Below are positions 1 to 8,908 of a stretch of 64,000 nt of DNA, one piece after another. The stretch spans positions 32,001 through 96,000 of the IMG/VR virus record IMGVR_UViG_3300028591_000095, one strand, 5' to 3'. Origin of the DNA: a virus. Lineage: Duplodnaviria > Caudoviricetes. Numbering within the stretch: position 1 is the stretch's first letter; the number at the start of each line of letters is the position of its first letter. A program made the translations under genes and the position numbers. The notes beneath the pieces are model-generated. The model ran no database searches. It saw only the letters and a program-made list of their open reading frames with translations, and had not been told where the DNA came from.

Positions 1-1997
1 GCGAATATGGTTCTTGCAGTACCGGATAATGATGATAATGGTAAACTACTTTCATCACGACTGTTGTCAATGTCATAGATTCTAAGTTCACTTCCATCTG
101 TTGTGACATATGCTATTTTGTTAACACCATACATGCAGCAACCACATTTACACGGGAAATTAGTTTCTACGATCGGATCAACACGAAGATCATGTATCAT
201 ACCTGCTGATATTGATGGTTGTGATGAAAATACTATTCCTGCAGTTGTTTCTGTAGCAAATACTACACCACTGGAATAATTAGTTCTTGTTGGTGATGCT
301 AATGTACCATTTGGAATTGTTGAAGTATCCCAAACAGATCTCCTTGGTGTAGAATCTACAACGAACAACCATTTGTCATATGTCGTAGCATACTTTATAT
401 TTCCGGTACTCATATCCTGATGGAAGTTTACATCGAATCCGAATATCTCAGATTTGTTGTTATAGTAGGAATCATCTTGACCACCCCAAACATATGACCA
501 ATGATATGTCGTATTGAATATTGAACATGTTGGTTTTGAGAAACCACTATCGGTTACAAACTTATTCGGAGTTGTCATATATCCAGAGTCTGCAGCATCC
601 TCAGTAAGTTTCAAATGGAAGTCCTTATAACCTCTAAGAGGTTGGATATTTATACTGTCTGAGTTGGTTATCCAGAACCGTTTATTTTGTGCAGCTACTG
701 GGATATTGTCATGGTCTTCGATTCGGATCCAATCATTGTTAGGTATGTTAGGACCTTTCCAGTATTTATCCGTAGCGTAAACAACCTCAATGTTACCACG
801 AATCTTTATGATAGGATCTGATATATTTGGATTTAAGAAGACATATAATGTTTCAATATTATCACCATTCGTGTAGTACATCACGGTCCGGAATCCGACA
901 GTCATCAGCGTTTCATCATATTCATGACGAGAGTCATTATAATAGTATACACCTGTATTATTCCACTCACCAGTACCTACGAAAGGATTGAACATCTTAA
1001 CATCAGTAACAACTAACTGGGTGAAAGGATATTCAACACCGAACCTCTCCGAAAATCCATAATCATTCTCAGGGGTGTATGACCAGAATGGACCTATCTC
1101 AAATGAAATAGGTTCCGTCAAACGTTGAGGTTGTGCGATTAACATTCCAGTGGTGTATGCGTAGAAACCATCTATGTATTTTTCATATTCAGTGTTATTT
1201 TGTGTAACCAACACGTTCTCCATCAGAGCGGTCTTAGTTACAGTTGAATCAACAATAGCTGATCTTGAATATGTTGAAACGGTTCTACTTTTATAGCCAT
1301 TAGTATTAGAATGATTTACACGCTTATATGTACCAACCGTTGGTATCTTCATTCTGTTCATCATGAGATTTCCAGTTGTGATAATTGAGAATGTGTTAGC
1401 AGCGAAGTTGTCTGTAATAAGACTCTCGAGGAATGAACAGCAGAAATATACTGTGATTTCAAGAATCTCATTTGGTTTCTTAATCATTGCAGTACGTTGA
1501 CCTTGGTTATCATATACGAATGAATGAGTCCACAGTTCATTCCAGTTAGTACCAATACCATATTCAGTGATGGTAACATTCGCAGATATATCAGTGATAT
1601 TTGCTGGGAAGTAACACACTAAGTATCGACTAACTGTCGTAATGCGTCCATCTGTGTCAGTTTCACCAGGTGCATAAAACATTGGGTATGTATGTGATAC
1701 TGTTGTATTGCTAGTCGTCGCAGCCAGTCCATTAAACAATACAGCTGTCATGATTGTACTGGTCTTATCAAATGACTGAGTACCTTCGCCGACATACAAC
1801 TTTGTCGGAAAGCTGACGTCTACGTCATTCGCAAAGAACCGAGCAAATCCGTAATCAGTTAACAGATTCATTCCATACTTTGTATCAGTAAGAGTACCAT
1901 CAAACGTGTATGTTTTAGCAACATACACGTTTGATACATGACCTGATACGGATTCCATATTCTTTATGAATTCATATAAACCTTTTATATCTTCCAT
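1..1997 (-). CDS. Virion tail/baseplate-associated structural protein (partial, runs off left edge)
   Basis: Not in the ORF track because it is truncated. Manual translation from ATG 1997 (RBS AAAGGAG) reads MEDIKGLYEFIKNMESVSGHVSNVYVAKTY... and stays open to position 1. Beta-rich and Thr/Tyr-rich, with an ITEYGIG segment reminiscent of tail-fibre N-terminal domains. Directly downstream of the RBP-like gene. Confidence 0.6.
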   Translation of the reverse strand, partial: MEDIKGLYEFIKNMESVSGHVSNVYVAKTYTFDGTLTDTKYGMNLLTDYGFARFFANDVDVSFPTKLYVGEGTQSFDKTSTIMTAVLFNGLAATTSNTTVSHTYPMFYAPGETDTDGRITTVSRYLVCYFPANITDISANVTITEYGIGTNWNELWTHSFVYDNQGQRTAMIKKPNEILEITVYFCCSFLESLITDNFAANTFSIITTGNLMMNRMKIPTVGTYKRVNHSNTNGYKSRTVSTYSRSAIVDSTVTKTALMENVLVTQNNTEYEKYIDGFYAYTTGMLIAQPQRLTEPISFEIGPFWSYTPENDYGFSERFGVEYPFTQLVVTDVKMFNPFVGTGEWNNTGVYYYNDSRHEYDETLMTVGFRTVMYYTNGDNIETLYVFLNPNISDPIIKIRGNIEVVYATDKYWKGPNIPNNDWIRIEDHDNIPVAAQNKRFWITNSDSINIQPLRGYKDFHLKLTEDAADSGYMTTPNKFVTDSGFSKPTCSIFNTTYHWSYVWGGQDDSYYNNKSEIFGFDVNFHQDMSTGNIKYATTYDKWLFVVDSTPRRSVWDTSTIPNGTLASPTRTNYSSGVVFATETTAGIVFSSQPSISAGMIHDLRVDPIVETNFPCKCGCCMYGVNKIAYVTTDGSELRIYDIDNSRDESSLPLSSLSGTARTIF

Positions 1998-2000
1998 ACA

Positions 2001-5000
2001 TCATACTCCTTTCTCATTTAATGTGATTTTTATAAGTGAACGGTAATCTATATCATTTATACAACGCTTGATTGTACCATCGTATGTTTCCAGTTCAAGA
2101 TCGAATTCACCAGGGTGAATGTTAGCATATGCATCGTAGAATGTGATATATTTTGGATCATACTCATATGCTTCTTCGTATTGTGCTATAACAGGATAAA
2201 TATGATCATTGTATTTATATCCAAGATTGTACTTAATATCATCACGGTAGTTAGCGGTGAACAACTTGAAATATGGTACGAAGTAATATGATTTGAATGT
2301 ACATGGGAACACTTGCCAGTTGTTAGTATTACTTGTTGATTGTGATTTGAATTGATACATGTGATGAATTGATTTGAATTGATCAGAACCATCACTGTGG
2401 AGTCTACATAAGTAAATATTGTAATCATCTGCCAAAGTATAGTATAATGTACCATTCGCAATTACTAACGTTTCTGGAGCATTTGATGTTGGTAATGATA
2501 CAACTCGAACTCGTTCAAGTGTATTGATATCCAATATCTCAACAACTGCAGAGCCACCCGAAACAGCTTGACCCACGTAGATATAGTTGTCATCTTTACA
2601 CAACGATTGCCAACCAGTACCATATTGAGATTTCACTGAGAATGTTTCAGCGACTCTATCATATACAAGCAGATTGCTATTTGAACTTGTAGAACCTTTG
2701 ATCAGGTATTTATCGGTAGCAATCCAGTCAAAAGCATCCCAATCGCTAGTATACGCAAAACTGTCACTAATATTTTGGGTTTTTGTATTGAATATAACAA
2801 AACCTCCCTTTGTTGCAACAGCAAACTCTTCTATTGATACCCAGAACATCTTTCCACGTCCGGTAATTGTTGTCGGTAATACCGTAAGTTTTGTAATGTC
2901 TGTAGTATCTGCACGGTTTATTCTGATTATATATTTCTGATCAGTCTTCGCAGTGATGTATACGTAGTTACTATCAACAAGGAAGCCTCCAATATATGTG
3001 GTATTACCTGAGTATGGTAATCCAAGTACAGAGTTAGGAAGTTCAAATAAAACAGAATATTCTTTTGATATCAATGTGAACTTTATCAAACGAACAGTTG
3101 TACCATTGACAGCCATCAGTGTATACAATTCACGATTGTATTCCAATGTATTTGAATAGTAGATGTCAGTGATTGGTGTGGTTCCATCCAACAACGTTGG
3201 ATCACTGTAATCATTATATCTATTAGGAACACGCTCATTCTCACCGACAATCATTAGATCAATATGATCCAGATGTTTGTATGGGCGAATTGGAGGATGT
3301 AATCCACATGCTTTTGTGTTAGTTGATGTAGTATAAATGTTGTAAATATTATTCTGCACTGTGGGTACATTGAACATATCGAATGTGCATTTGAATTCAA
3401 TTCTATCACGTGTTTCTTTGGTTGTCACTGTGTATTGAAGTGATGGATCACATGTAATATCAAGAGTACATGAATCTACTAAATATGGTGTATCGATGGT
3501 AGTTTTCATTGTTAATGTATTCGGAATAACTGATATAGTTATACTATCATACATATCATCTTCATCGTTGAGATATATTGTATATGGGTTAATTAATCCT
3601 GTGTCGTTTTGTAGATAAGCTGTACCGTATTGATTTAATGTATCAACTGTAATCTCAGTAATCTCTTCATTGTATTCCCATTCATGTGTCTCTTTATTGT
3701 ATGACTTAATACCTTCGATATCTTCACATAAAATTCGGACTGCTAATACTTCAACAGCTGTAATCTTTACAGATGTAACTCCAACAGGTTCTTGACTTCC
3801 TCCAGCAATAAGAGCTGTATCAGTTAAGTAATAGCGTTCATCAGGGATGTAACCAGATGGTTTATATGAGCTATCAGTAAGAACGTATCCGCTACCACCA
3901 GAACCAGCTTGATCATCATCACCACTTCCATCAGGTACAGTACCGGAACCGCCATACCAGCCTCCACCACCAGAACCACCGTATCCGCTATCTTTGTAAA
4001 GTCCAAGACCACCATAACCAAAACCACCACGAGCACGTTCATCACCTGATTGAGGTGATTCAGTTTGGGTACCTGGTCCTGCATTACTACCATATCCACT
4101 ACCACCATCTTTTGTGGTACCTGATAAACCTCCACCTTGACCACCTTTACCATCACCACCACCAACACCAGCACCTCCACCAGCGACAATGATTCGTGAT
4201 AATAAAGATTGTTCAAGGTTTGCGATAACTATTTCAACTACAGTCTTTTCTGATACCGGATCTCCAGCATTTAATCCACCATATCCATATGTAGATATAG
4301 AACCTTCAATGAATTGATCAGTTACAAGATCATACATACCAATAGCATCATCTGAATCACGTTTGCATGGTAACAGATATCTTTTATAAATACCATTCTC
4401 ATACATTTTGAATGAATACAGTTTTAATCTACCAATATCAGTTTGGGGATTTCCACTTGTATTGTTATTAAATATAAACATTGAAAATTTGCCATCAACT
4501 TGTTCAGTTGCTTCTGATTGAATACTTCCAATGAGTATACCTTGACTGTCATACCATGATGCAGTTGTACCGTCTACAATAATCGTGATGTCTTGACCAT
4601 ATACTAATCCAGATCCTTCTGTTTCATATGTATTACAACAGAAAACGGGAATATCTCTACTATCGAACCTCATGAAGAAATTGAGATTACTATCATGAGG
4701 ACCAATTCTACTACCGAATATCGATTGATATGCTTGATAGGTATTTTGTGTTAAACAACATTTACACTCAACGATCGTATTCGCTTTATGCGTGTAACCA
4801 GTATTGATGTATCCTCGATTATTCTCCTTATTCTCAATATATGTTAACTCTGTATATCCATCAGGTATAGATTTTTCGATTGTAATTTGTTCTGGTCTGA
4901 TAAGTCTGATATCACTACCACCACCAGATGCACTCCAACAACCTGAACGAGATGAATAGTTATCAACGTTTCCTCCGTTGTATGTTGCTGTAGGAAATCT

Positions 5001-7319
5001 GGTGTTCCAATAAGTTCCTGCAATGGAGATATCAGCAGTTACAGCATGTGCAGGACTACCTCCAGCAACCATAAATACATTAGTATCAGTGTCAAGAGTT
5101 AATGTTCCTGCGGCATAACCACCTTCTGATTCACGACCATATCTACGAGCATTACCCCAACCACCATTACATTCCAGACGGTATGTTCCCGGTGGTAATG
5201 AAACTTGCTCCATTCTACCGGTGCATATCGAGTATACAACATCATTCCGTCGTATATTATTTACTTTTCTTGCAATGATGATTTTAGCTGTATCTGAACG
5301 AGCAGATTCCATGAATATGTTAGAGAAGTAATAATCACTCATGGTGTATCCATCCATATAACCAGATGGTTTATATGAGTTGGTAGTGAGAACGTATCCA
5401 CTACCACCTCCACCGCAACCTATTGTGTGTTCTCGGTTGCTGACACCCATAGTACAGTAACCACCATACCAGCCTCCACCACCACCGGGTTCTCCTTCAG
5501 CACCACAATTACCGGTACCATAGTTGTGTTTCAATAAACCATCCTGACCACGACCGAATCTCCAACCATTCGTTTGGGTAGGATAACGGTATCTATTGAA
5601 ACCACTATCTGAATTTGGATAACCACCAAACACTCCACCACCGGAAGCCATGTCACTCATTTTGGCTATTGTGGCTTCCCAGAATTGTCCACCTCCGCCA
5701 CCACCAGCGACAATGATTCGTGAATTTAACGACGGTGATGACTTAGTATTGTATGTGAATGTACGTGTTGGAATTGTTGTGTAGTTGTATGGTGAGAATG
5801 GTAAATTTCCAGGACCGTAACTGTTACCCGCTGTACAGTATATCATTAATCCAAGACTAATGTCTGTGGTGACACCGCTATTAACAGTAAACTCAATAAA
5901 GTTTACTGTAGTATTACGAAGATCACCCATGGTATAGTCTAAGACATAAGTGTCATTTGGCAAGTCATCGATGCTGTAAGTTTTTCTGATGGTTGTGGTT
6001 GTACCATCATCATATCCGAATTTGATAGAGAATCCTGATGGAAGTGCGATAGTATTTCTGAAATGTACACAAGCAGGTCCACCATAACTTTTTGAATCAG
6101 GAACATTACAAGTTTCAAGCAATGGGAATCTATATGTAGTATTATCGCTTGCGGTACCTGATATAGTATATTCACCATTGACAACTGCGAAGGTGACATC
6201 ATTAACAGTTGCTGTTGTATCTACAGGACATGGTAACTTGTTCAGTCTCTGTTCATACTCAATAAATGTGTCACCTATGATATCATAAAAACCAGAGATC
6301 GAACTTCCGTTTTCAGTCTTAACAACTGGAACGAATTTATGTACATCAGAATCATCTTCTCTGATAGTAAGATAATAAATTCTCGCATTGGCAAGATCCT
6401 CCCAGAAAGGAGTACCAGTACCACTCGCACGATGAGTTCCAAACACACCTAACGATGGTACTGGATATGAACTGTTATCAAAATCAACTGGTGCGAATGT
6501 AGTATGATCATCATTTGATGAATGGTATATTGTATCAGAACCATTTTCATGCCAAGTAGCTTCAGTCTCACCCATATTGACAATAACACGAGTGTTGTAT
6601 AACGCAGGGTCGGTACTGCCTGTTGTAATGTCAACCTGTTGGGAACCTGGACAATTGAATCTATATTTCCAAGTACCATTATTGCGTATCTGGAATGAAT
6701 ATGTAGCCCAATAGTCAGATGCTTGTGTACCCATACCAGTATTATCACAACCAACTAAACTCTGATATGAGTTTCCACCAGCGGAATCGTCAGCATAGAA
6801 TTCAAATTCTAGTGTTGTAAGATGATTAACATGATAACCTGTATCAAGACCTTGACTTGATGCACGCAGATATTCCATTGCTGAATATTGTGCTGGTAAT
6901 GTCACCTCATGTTCAATATATTCATCTGGATCTATATTCAGACGAACATCGGAAGCTCCACCACCGCCAGGTCCACCATAATATGATGCCGTGTTTGCTA
7001 AACCACCGCGGCCGCCACCGTTATATCCACCGGGTGCGAATGTGACTTTATCCGAGTTAGTATTTGCACCATCACCACCGACAACAGCATACATTGTGGT
7101 GGTTTCTGCAAGATCCAGTATACCCATTGACAAACCTCCGTAGGGTTTCTCTTGATCACGACCTGAATCACTTGAATACATACGACCACCACGAGCGCCA
7201 TAACACATCATCAGATATGTATCAGGTTGAAGTGTAAACTCTTCAGGTTCTCCTGTGTATTGGAAATCGTGTATTACTTCGAATAATTGATCTTGGTAAA
7301 CATACAAAGTTCTACTCAT
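2001..7319 (-). CDS. Tail fibre/receptor-binding protein with two ALK/LTK-like glycine-rich domains, ConA/LamG-like inserts and a C-terminal propeller-like region
   Basis: Two copies of the Gly-rich signature (GGYNGGG..GGGGASDVR / SRIIVAGGGGG..GGGGGWYGG..GGGSGYV). LamG-like segments (YINTGY..KLYSFKMYE..PCKRDSD..GMYDLV). Short repeated beta-strands in the last ~350 aa. Confidence 0.7.
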   Translation of the reverse strand: MSRTLYVYQDQLFEVIHDFQYTGEPEEFTLQPDTYLMMCYGARGGRMYSSDSGRDQEKPYGGLSMGILDLAETTTMYAVVGGDGANTNSDKVTFAPGGYNGGGRGGLANTASYYGGPGGGGASDVRLNIDPDEYIEHEVTLPAQYSAMEYLRASSQGLDTGYHVNHLTTLEFEFYADDSAGGNSYQSLVGCDNTGMGTQASDYWATYSFQIRNNGTWKYRFNCPGSQQVDITTGSTDPALYNTRVIVNMGETEATWHENGSDTIYHSSNDDHTTFAPVDFDNSSYPVPSLGVFGTHRASGTGTPFWEDLANARIYYLTIREDDSDVHKFVPVVKTENGSSISGFYDIIGDTFIEYEQRLNKLPCPVDTTATVNDVTFAVVNGEYTISGTASDNTTYRFPLLETCNVPDSKSYGGPACVHFRNTIALPSGFSIKFGYDDGTTTTIRKTYSIDDLPNDTYVLDYTMGDLRNTTVNFIEFTVNSGVTTDISLGLMIYCTAGNSYGPGNLPFSPYNYTTIPTRTFTYNTKSSPSLNSRIIVAGGGGGGQFWEATIAKMSDMASGGGVFGGYPNSDSGFNRYRYPTQTNGWRFGRGQDGLLKHNYGTGNCGAEGEPGGGGGWYGGYCTMGVSNREHTIGCGGGGSGYVLTTNSYKPSGYMDGYTMSDYYFSNIFMESARSDTAKIIIARKVNNIRRNDVVYSICTGRMEQVSLPPGTYRLECNGGWGNARRYGRESEGGYAAGTLTLDTDTNVFMVAGGSPAHAVTADISIAGTYWNTRFPTATYNGGNVDNYSSRSGCWSASGGGSDIRLIRPEQITIEKSIPDGYTELTYIENKENNRGYINTGYTHKANTIVECKCCLTQNTYQAYQSIFGSRIGPHDSNLNFFMRFDSRDIPVFCCNTYETEGSGLVYGQDITIIVDGTTASWYDSQGILIGSIQSEATEQVDGKFSMFIFNNNTSGNPQTDIGRLKLYSFKMYENGIYKRYLLPCKRDSDDAIGMYDLVTDQFIEGSISTYGYGGLNAGDPVSEKTVVEIVIANLEQSLLSRIIVAGGGAGVGGGDGKGGQGGGLSGTTKDGGSGYGSNAGPGTQTESPQSGDERARGGFGYGGLGLYKDSGYGGSGGGGWYGGSGTVPDGSGDDDQAGSGGSGYVLTDSSYKPSGYIPDERYYLTDTALIAGGSQEPVGVTSVKITAVEVLAVRILCEDIEGIKSYNKETHEWEYNEEITEITVDTLNQYGTAYLQNDTGLINPYTIYLNDEDDMYDSITISVIPNTLTMKTTIDTPYLVDSCTLDITCDPSLQYTVTTKETRDRIEFKCTFDMFNVPTVQNNIYNIYTTSTNTKACGLHPPIRPYKHLDHIDLMIVGENERVPNRYNDYSDPTLLDGTTPITDIYYSNTLEYNRELYTLMAVNGTTVRLIKFTLISKEYSVLFELPNSVLGLPYSGNTTYIGGFLVDSNYVYITAKTDQKYIIRINRADTTDITKLTVLPTTITGRGKMFWVSIEEFAVATKGGFVIFNTKTQNISDSFAYTSDWDAFDWIATDKYLIKGSTSSNSNLLVYDRVAETFSVKSQYGTGWQSLCKDDNYIYVGQAVSGGSAVVEILDINTLERVRVVSLPTSNAPETLVIANGTLYYTLADDYNIYLCRLHSDGSDQFKSIHHMYQFKSQSTSNTNNWQVFPCTFKSYYFVPYFKLFTANYRDDIKYNLGYKYNDHIYPVIAQYEEAYEYDPKYITFYDAYANIHPGEFDLELETYDGTIKRCINDIDYRSLIKITLNEKGV

Positions 7320-7351
7320 GTAAGTTCACCACCTTTCTATTTAAATTGATA

Positions 7352-7753
7352 TTATGTGAGATTATAAGGATCATCTGCTGAGTTGTAAATAGCAACCAGA
7401 GTATCCTGTGGAAGACTGTTGACTTCTTCCTGAGTAGGATCTGAACCATATGTGACAATAGATGATTCAAATCCAACGAGTTTGAGTTTGACACTACCCT
7501 CAGTACCATCACCACGATAGTCAGTTTCAAAATCAACTGCAGTATATGTCATCAATACACGGTATACAGTTTCATTATATACTACAAGGGTATTACGTTC
7601 GTAAGTTGTACCAGGTGTATAGTCAACGATAGTGGCATTGCCTCCACCTCCACCAAGTTCAAGTTGTTTAAGCTTCTCGGTAATACTTGCAAGTTTTAAA
7701 GTATTAGCTTCAATCTGTTCCTGCAAGTCAGTAAATATTTTAGGCAGTTCCAT
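7352..7753 (-). CDS. Small virion protein: coiled coil + Gly linker + CBM5/12-like carbohydrate-binding module
   Basis: N-terminal heptads, GGGGG linker, then YTPGTTYERNTLVVYNETVYRVL, which resembles the CBM5/12 pattern W/YxxxxxYxxGxxVxYxGxxY. Confidence 0.5.
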   Translation of the reverse strand: MELPKIFTDLQEQIEANTLKLASITEKLKQLELGGGGGNATIVDYTPGTTYERNTLVVYNETVYRVLMTYTAVDFETDYRGDGTEGSVKLKLVGFESSIVTYGSDPTQEEVNSLPQDTLVAIYNSADDPYNLT

Positions 7754-7764
7754 AATTAACCTCC

Positions 7765-7974
7765 TTATTCTTCAGGCTGTTGCTCTTTCAGCCATTCATC
7801 GATTATGTGTTCAATTTTATCTAATAACTCACCATTAGCTCTTTCCGCAGTGAGTATCGGTGTTAAGAATTCATCCATCATTGATACGAAGAATTCATAT
7901 GTCATAACATTACACATAGTACCATCGGCATCGGGTAATTGGAATGTTAAAGGTTTATTTGGATCAAAAGCCAT
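7765..7974 (-). CDS. Hypothetical protein (first gene of tail operon)
   Basis: Strong RBS AAAGGAGG; late-promoter-like motif upstream. Confidence 0.6.
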   Translation of the reverse strand: MAFDPNKPLTFQLPDADGTMCNVMTYEFFVSMMDEFLTPILTAERANGELLDKIEHIIDEWLKEQQPEE

Positions 7975-7997
7975 TATAAAACCCTCCTTTATGTAAG

Positions 7998-8011
7998 ATT
8001 ACCGATTGGTT
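7998..8011 (-). promoter_or_regulatory. Putative late promoter AACC-N6-TAAT
   Basis: ACCAACCAATCGGTAATCTT is near-identical to the element upstream of the RNAP gene at 62723-62736 and resembles the AR9 late consensus AACA-N6-TA. Confidence 0.55.
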
Positions 8012-8135
8012 GGTCTGGTATTTTCGAAACATACAATAAAATCATTGTGATTTATTTTTATAAATATAAACAAATAAGTATTATTCTTATCCAACGAATA
8101 ACAAGAGATATACAAATGAAAGTGAGGTACGCAAA

Positions 8136-8318
8136 ATGAATATCACTGTTTACAATAAAACAAATGGTCAAGTTGTTGCAGAACTCATGTCTGCTACAAC
8201 AGGTGACGTTCTTAAGTTCATCCAGAAAGGTTTTAAAGTTGTCGATAACATGACAAAGGAAGAACTTACAGAATCAGCAGTATTGTCAATGGTTGGTACA
8301 TCCGAATGTGTGATATAA
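8136..8318 (+). CDS. Hypothetical protein
   Basis: 60 aa, RBS GAGGT, typical codon usage. Confidence 0.6.
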   Translation: MNITVYNKTNGQVVAELMSATTGDVLKFIQKGFKVVDNMTKEELTESAVLSMVGTSECVI

Positions 8319-8332
8319 ATTCATACTTTCGA

Positions 8333-8351
8333 TATACATATCATTAGAATG
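8333..8351 (+). promoter_or_regulatory. Putative early promoter (TATWYAYATYATT-N3-RTG), copy 1
   Basis: TATACATATCATTAGAATG; one of 7 copies. Confidence 0.65.
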
Positions 8352-8396
8352 AATAGGACAGAGTCCATTCAAATAAAAATCAAAGGAGAAATCACA

Positions 8397-8834
8397 ATGG
8401 CTGGTATTTTTAGCATGGGTGCTTGGATAGCATATGGTAATTCAGCACTCAACAATCAGAAGGGTAAATCATCAAATCTTCAGGATGCATTCCGTGCAGA
8501 CCTCAAGAAGAACATCGCAAAGGCTGGATACCCTTCAAAGGACGAAATCGGAATCATCGATGAGATTAATGACTTCTCATTCGATAACACTCTCAAGCAG
8601 ATGCCTCAGCTCGTAGCTGACTACATGAGAGACGAGAACAGAAAGTTCAACCTCCCTGCACCTGATGGCAGCTGTACAACAGCATCAATCGAAATCGTTC
8701 ACAAAGAGTCTCAGACCAAGAGCGGTGTTGCAAAGCTCGGTGGTGGCAAAGATCCTATTCCGTGGGAGAGCACAATCAAAGAGCATGACGAGTATTCACT
8801 CTCTAACAACAGAGACGCATTCAAAGTTAAGTAA
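8397..8834 (+). CDS. Early hypothetical protein, possibly a divergent HU-like DNA-binding protein
   Basis: RBS AAAGGAG before ATG 8397; strongly biased codons. The C-terminal beta-arm-like segment only weakly resembles HU. Confidence 0.55.
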   Translation: MAGIFSMGAWIAYGNSALNNQKGKSSNLQDAFRADLKKNIAKAGYPSKDEIGIIDEINDFSFDNTLKQMPQLVADYMRDENRKFNLPAPDGSCTTASIEIVHKESQTKSGVAKLGGGKDPIPWESTIKEHDEYSLSNNRDAFKVK

Positions 8835-8876
8835 TCTTCTCACAATCGATGTTGATTTCCTTACGAACACATTAAA

Positions 8877-8898
8877 GGACGGGGCATTAGCCCCGTCC
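8877..8898. terminator. Intrinsic terminator hairpin between convergent genes
   Basis: GGACGGGGC-ATTA-GCCCCGTCC. Confidence 0.75.
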
Positions 8899-8908
8899 CA
8901 AGTGTGTT

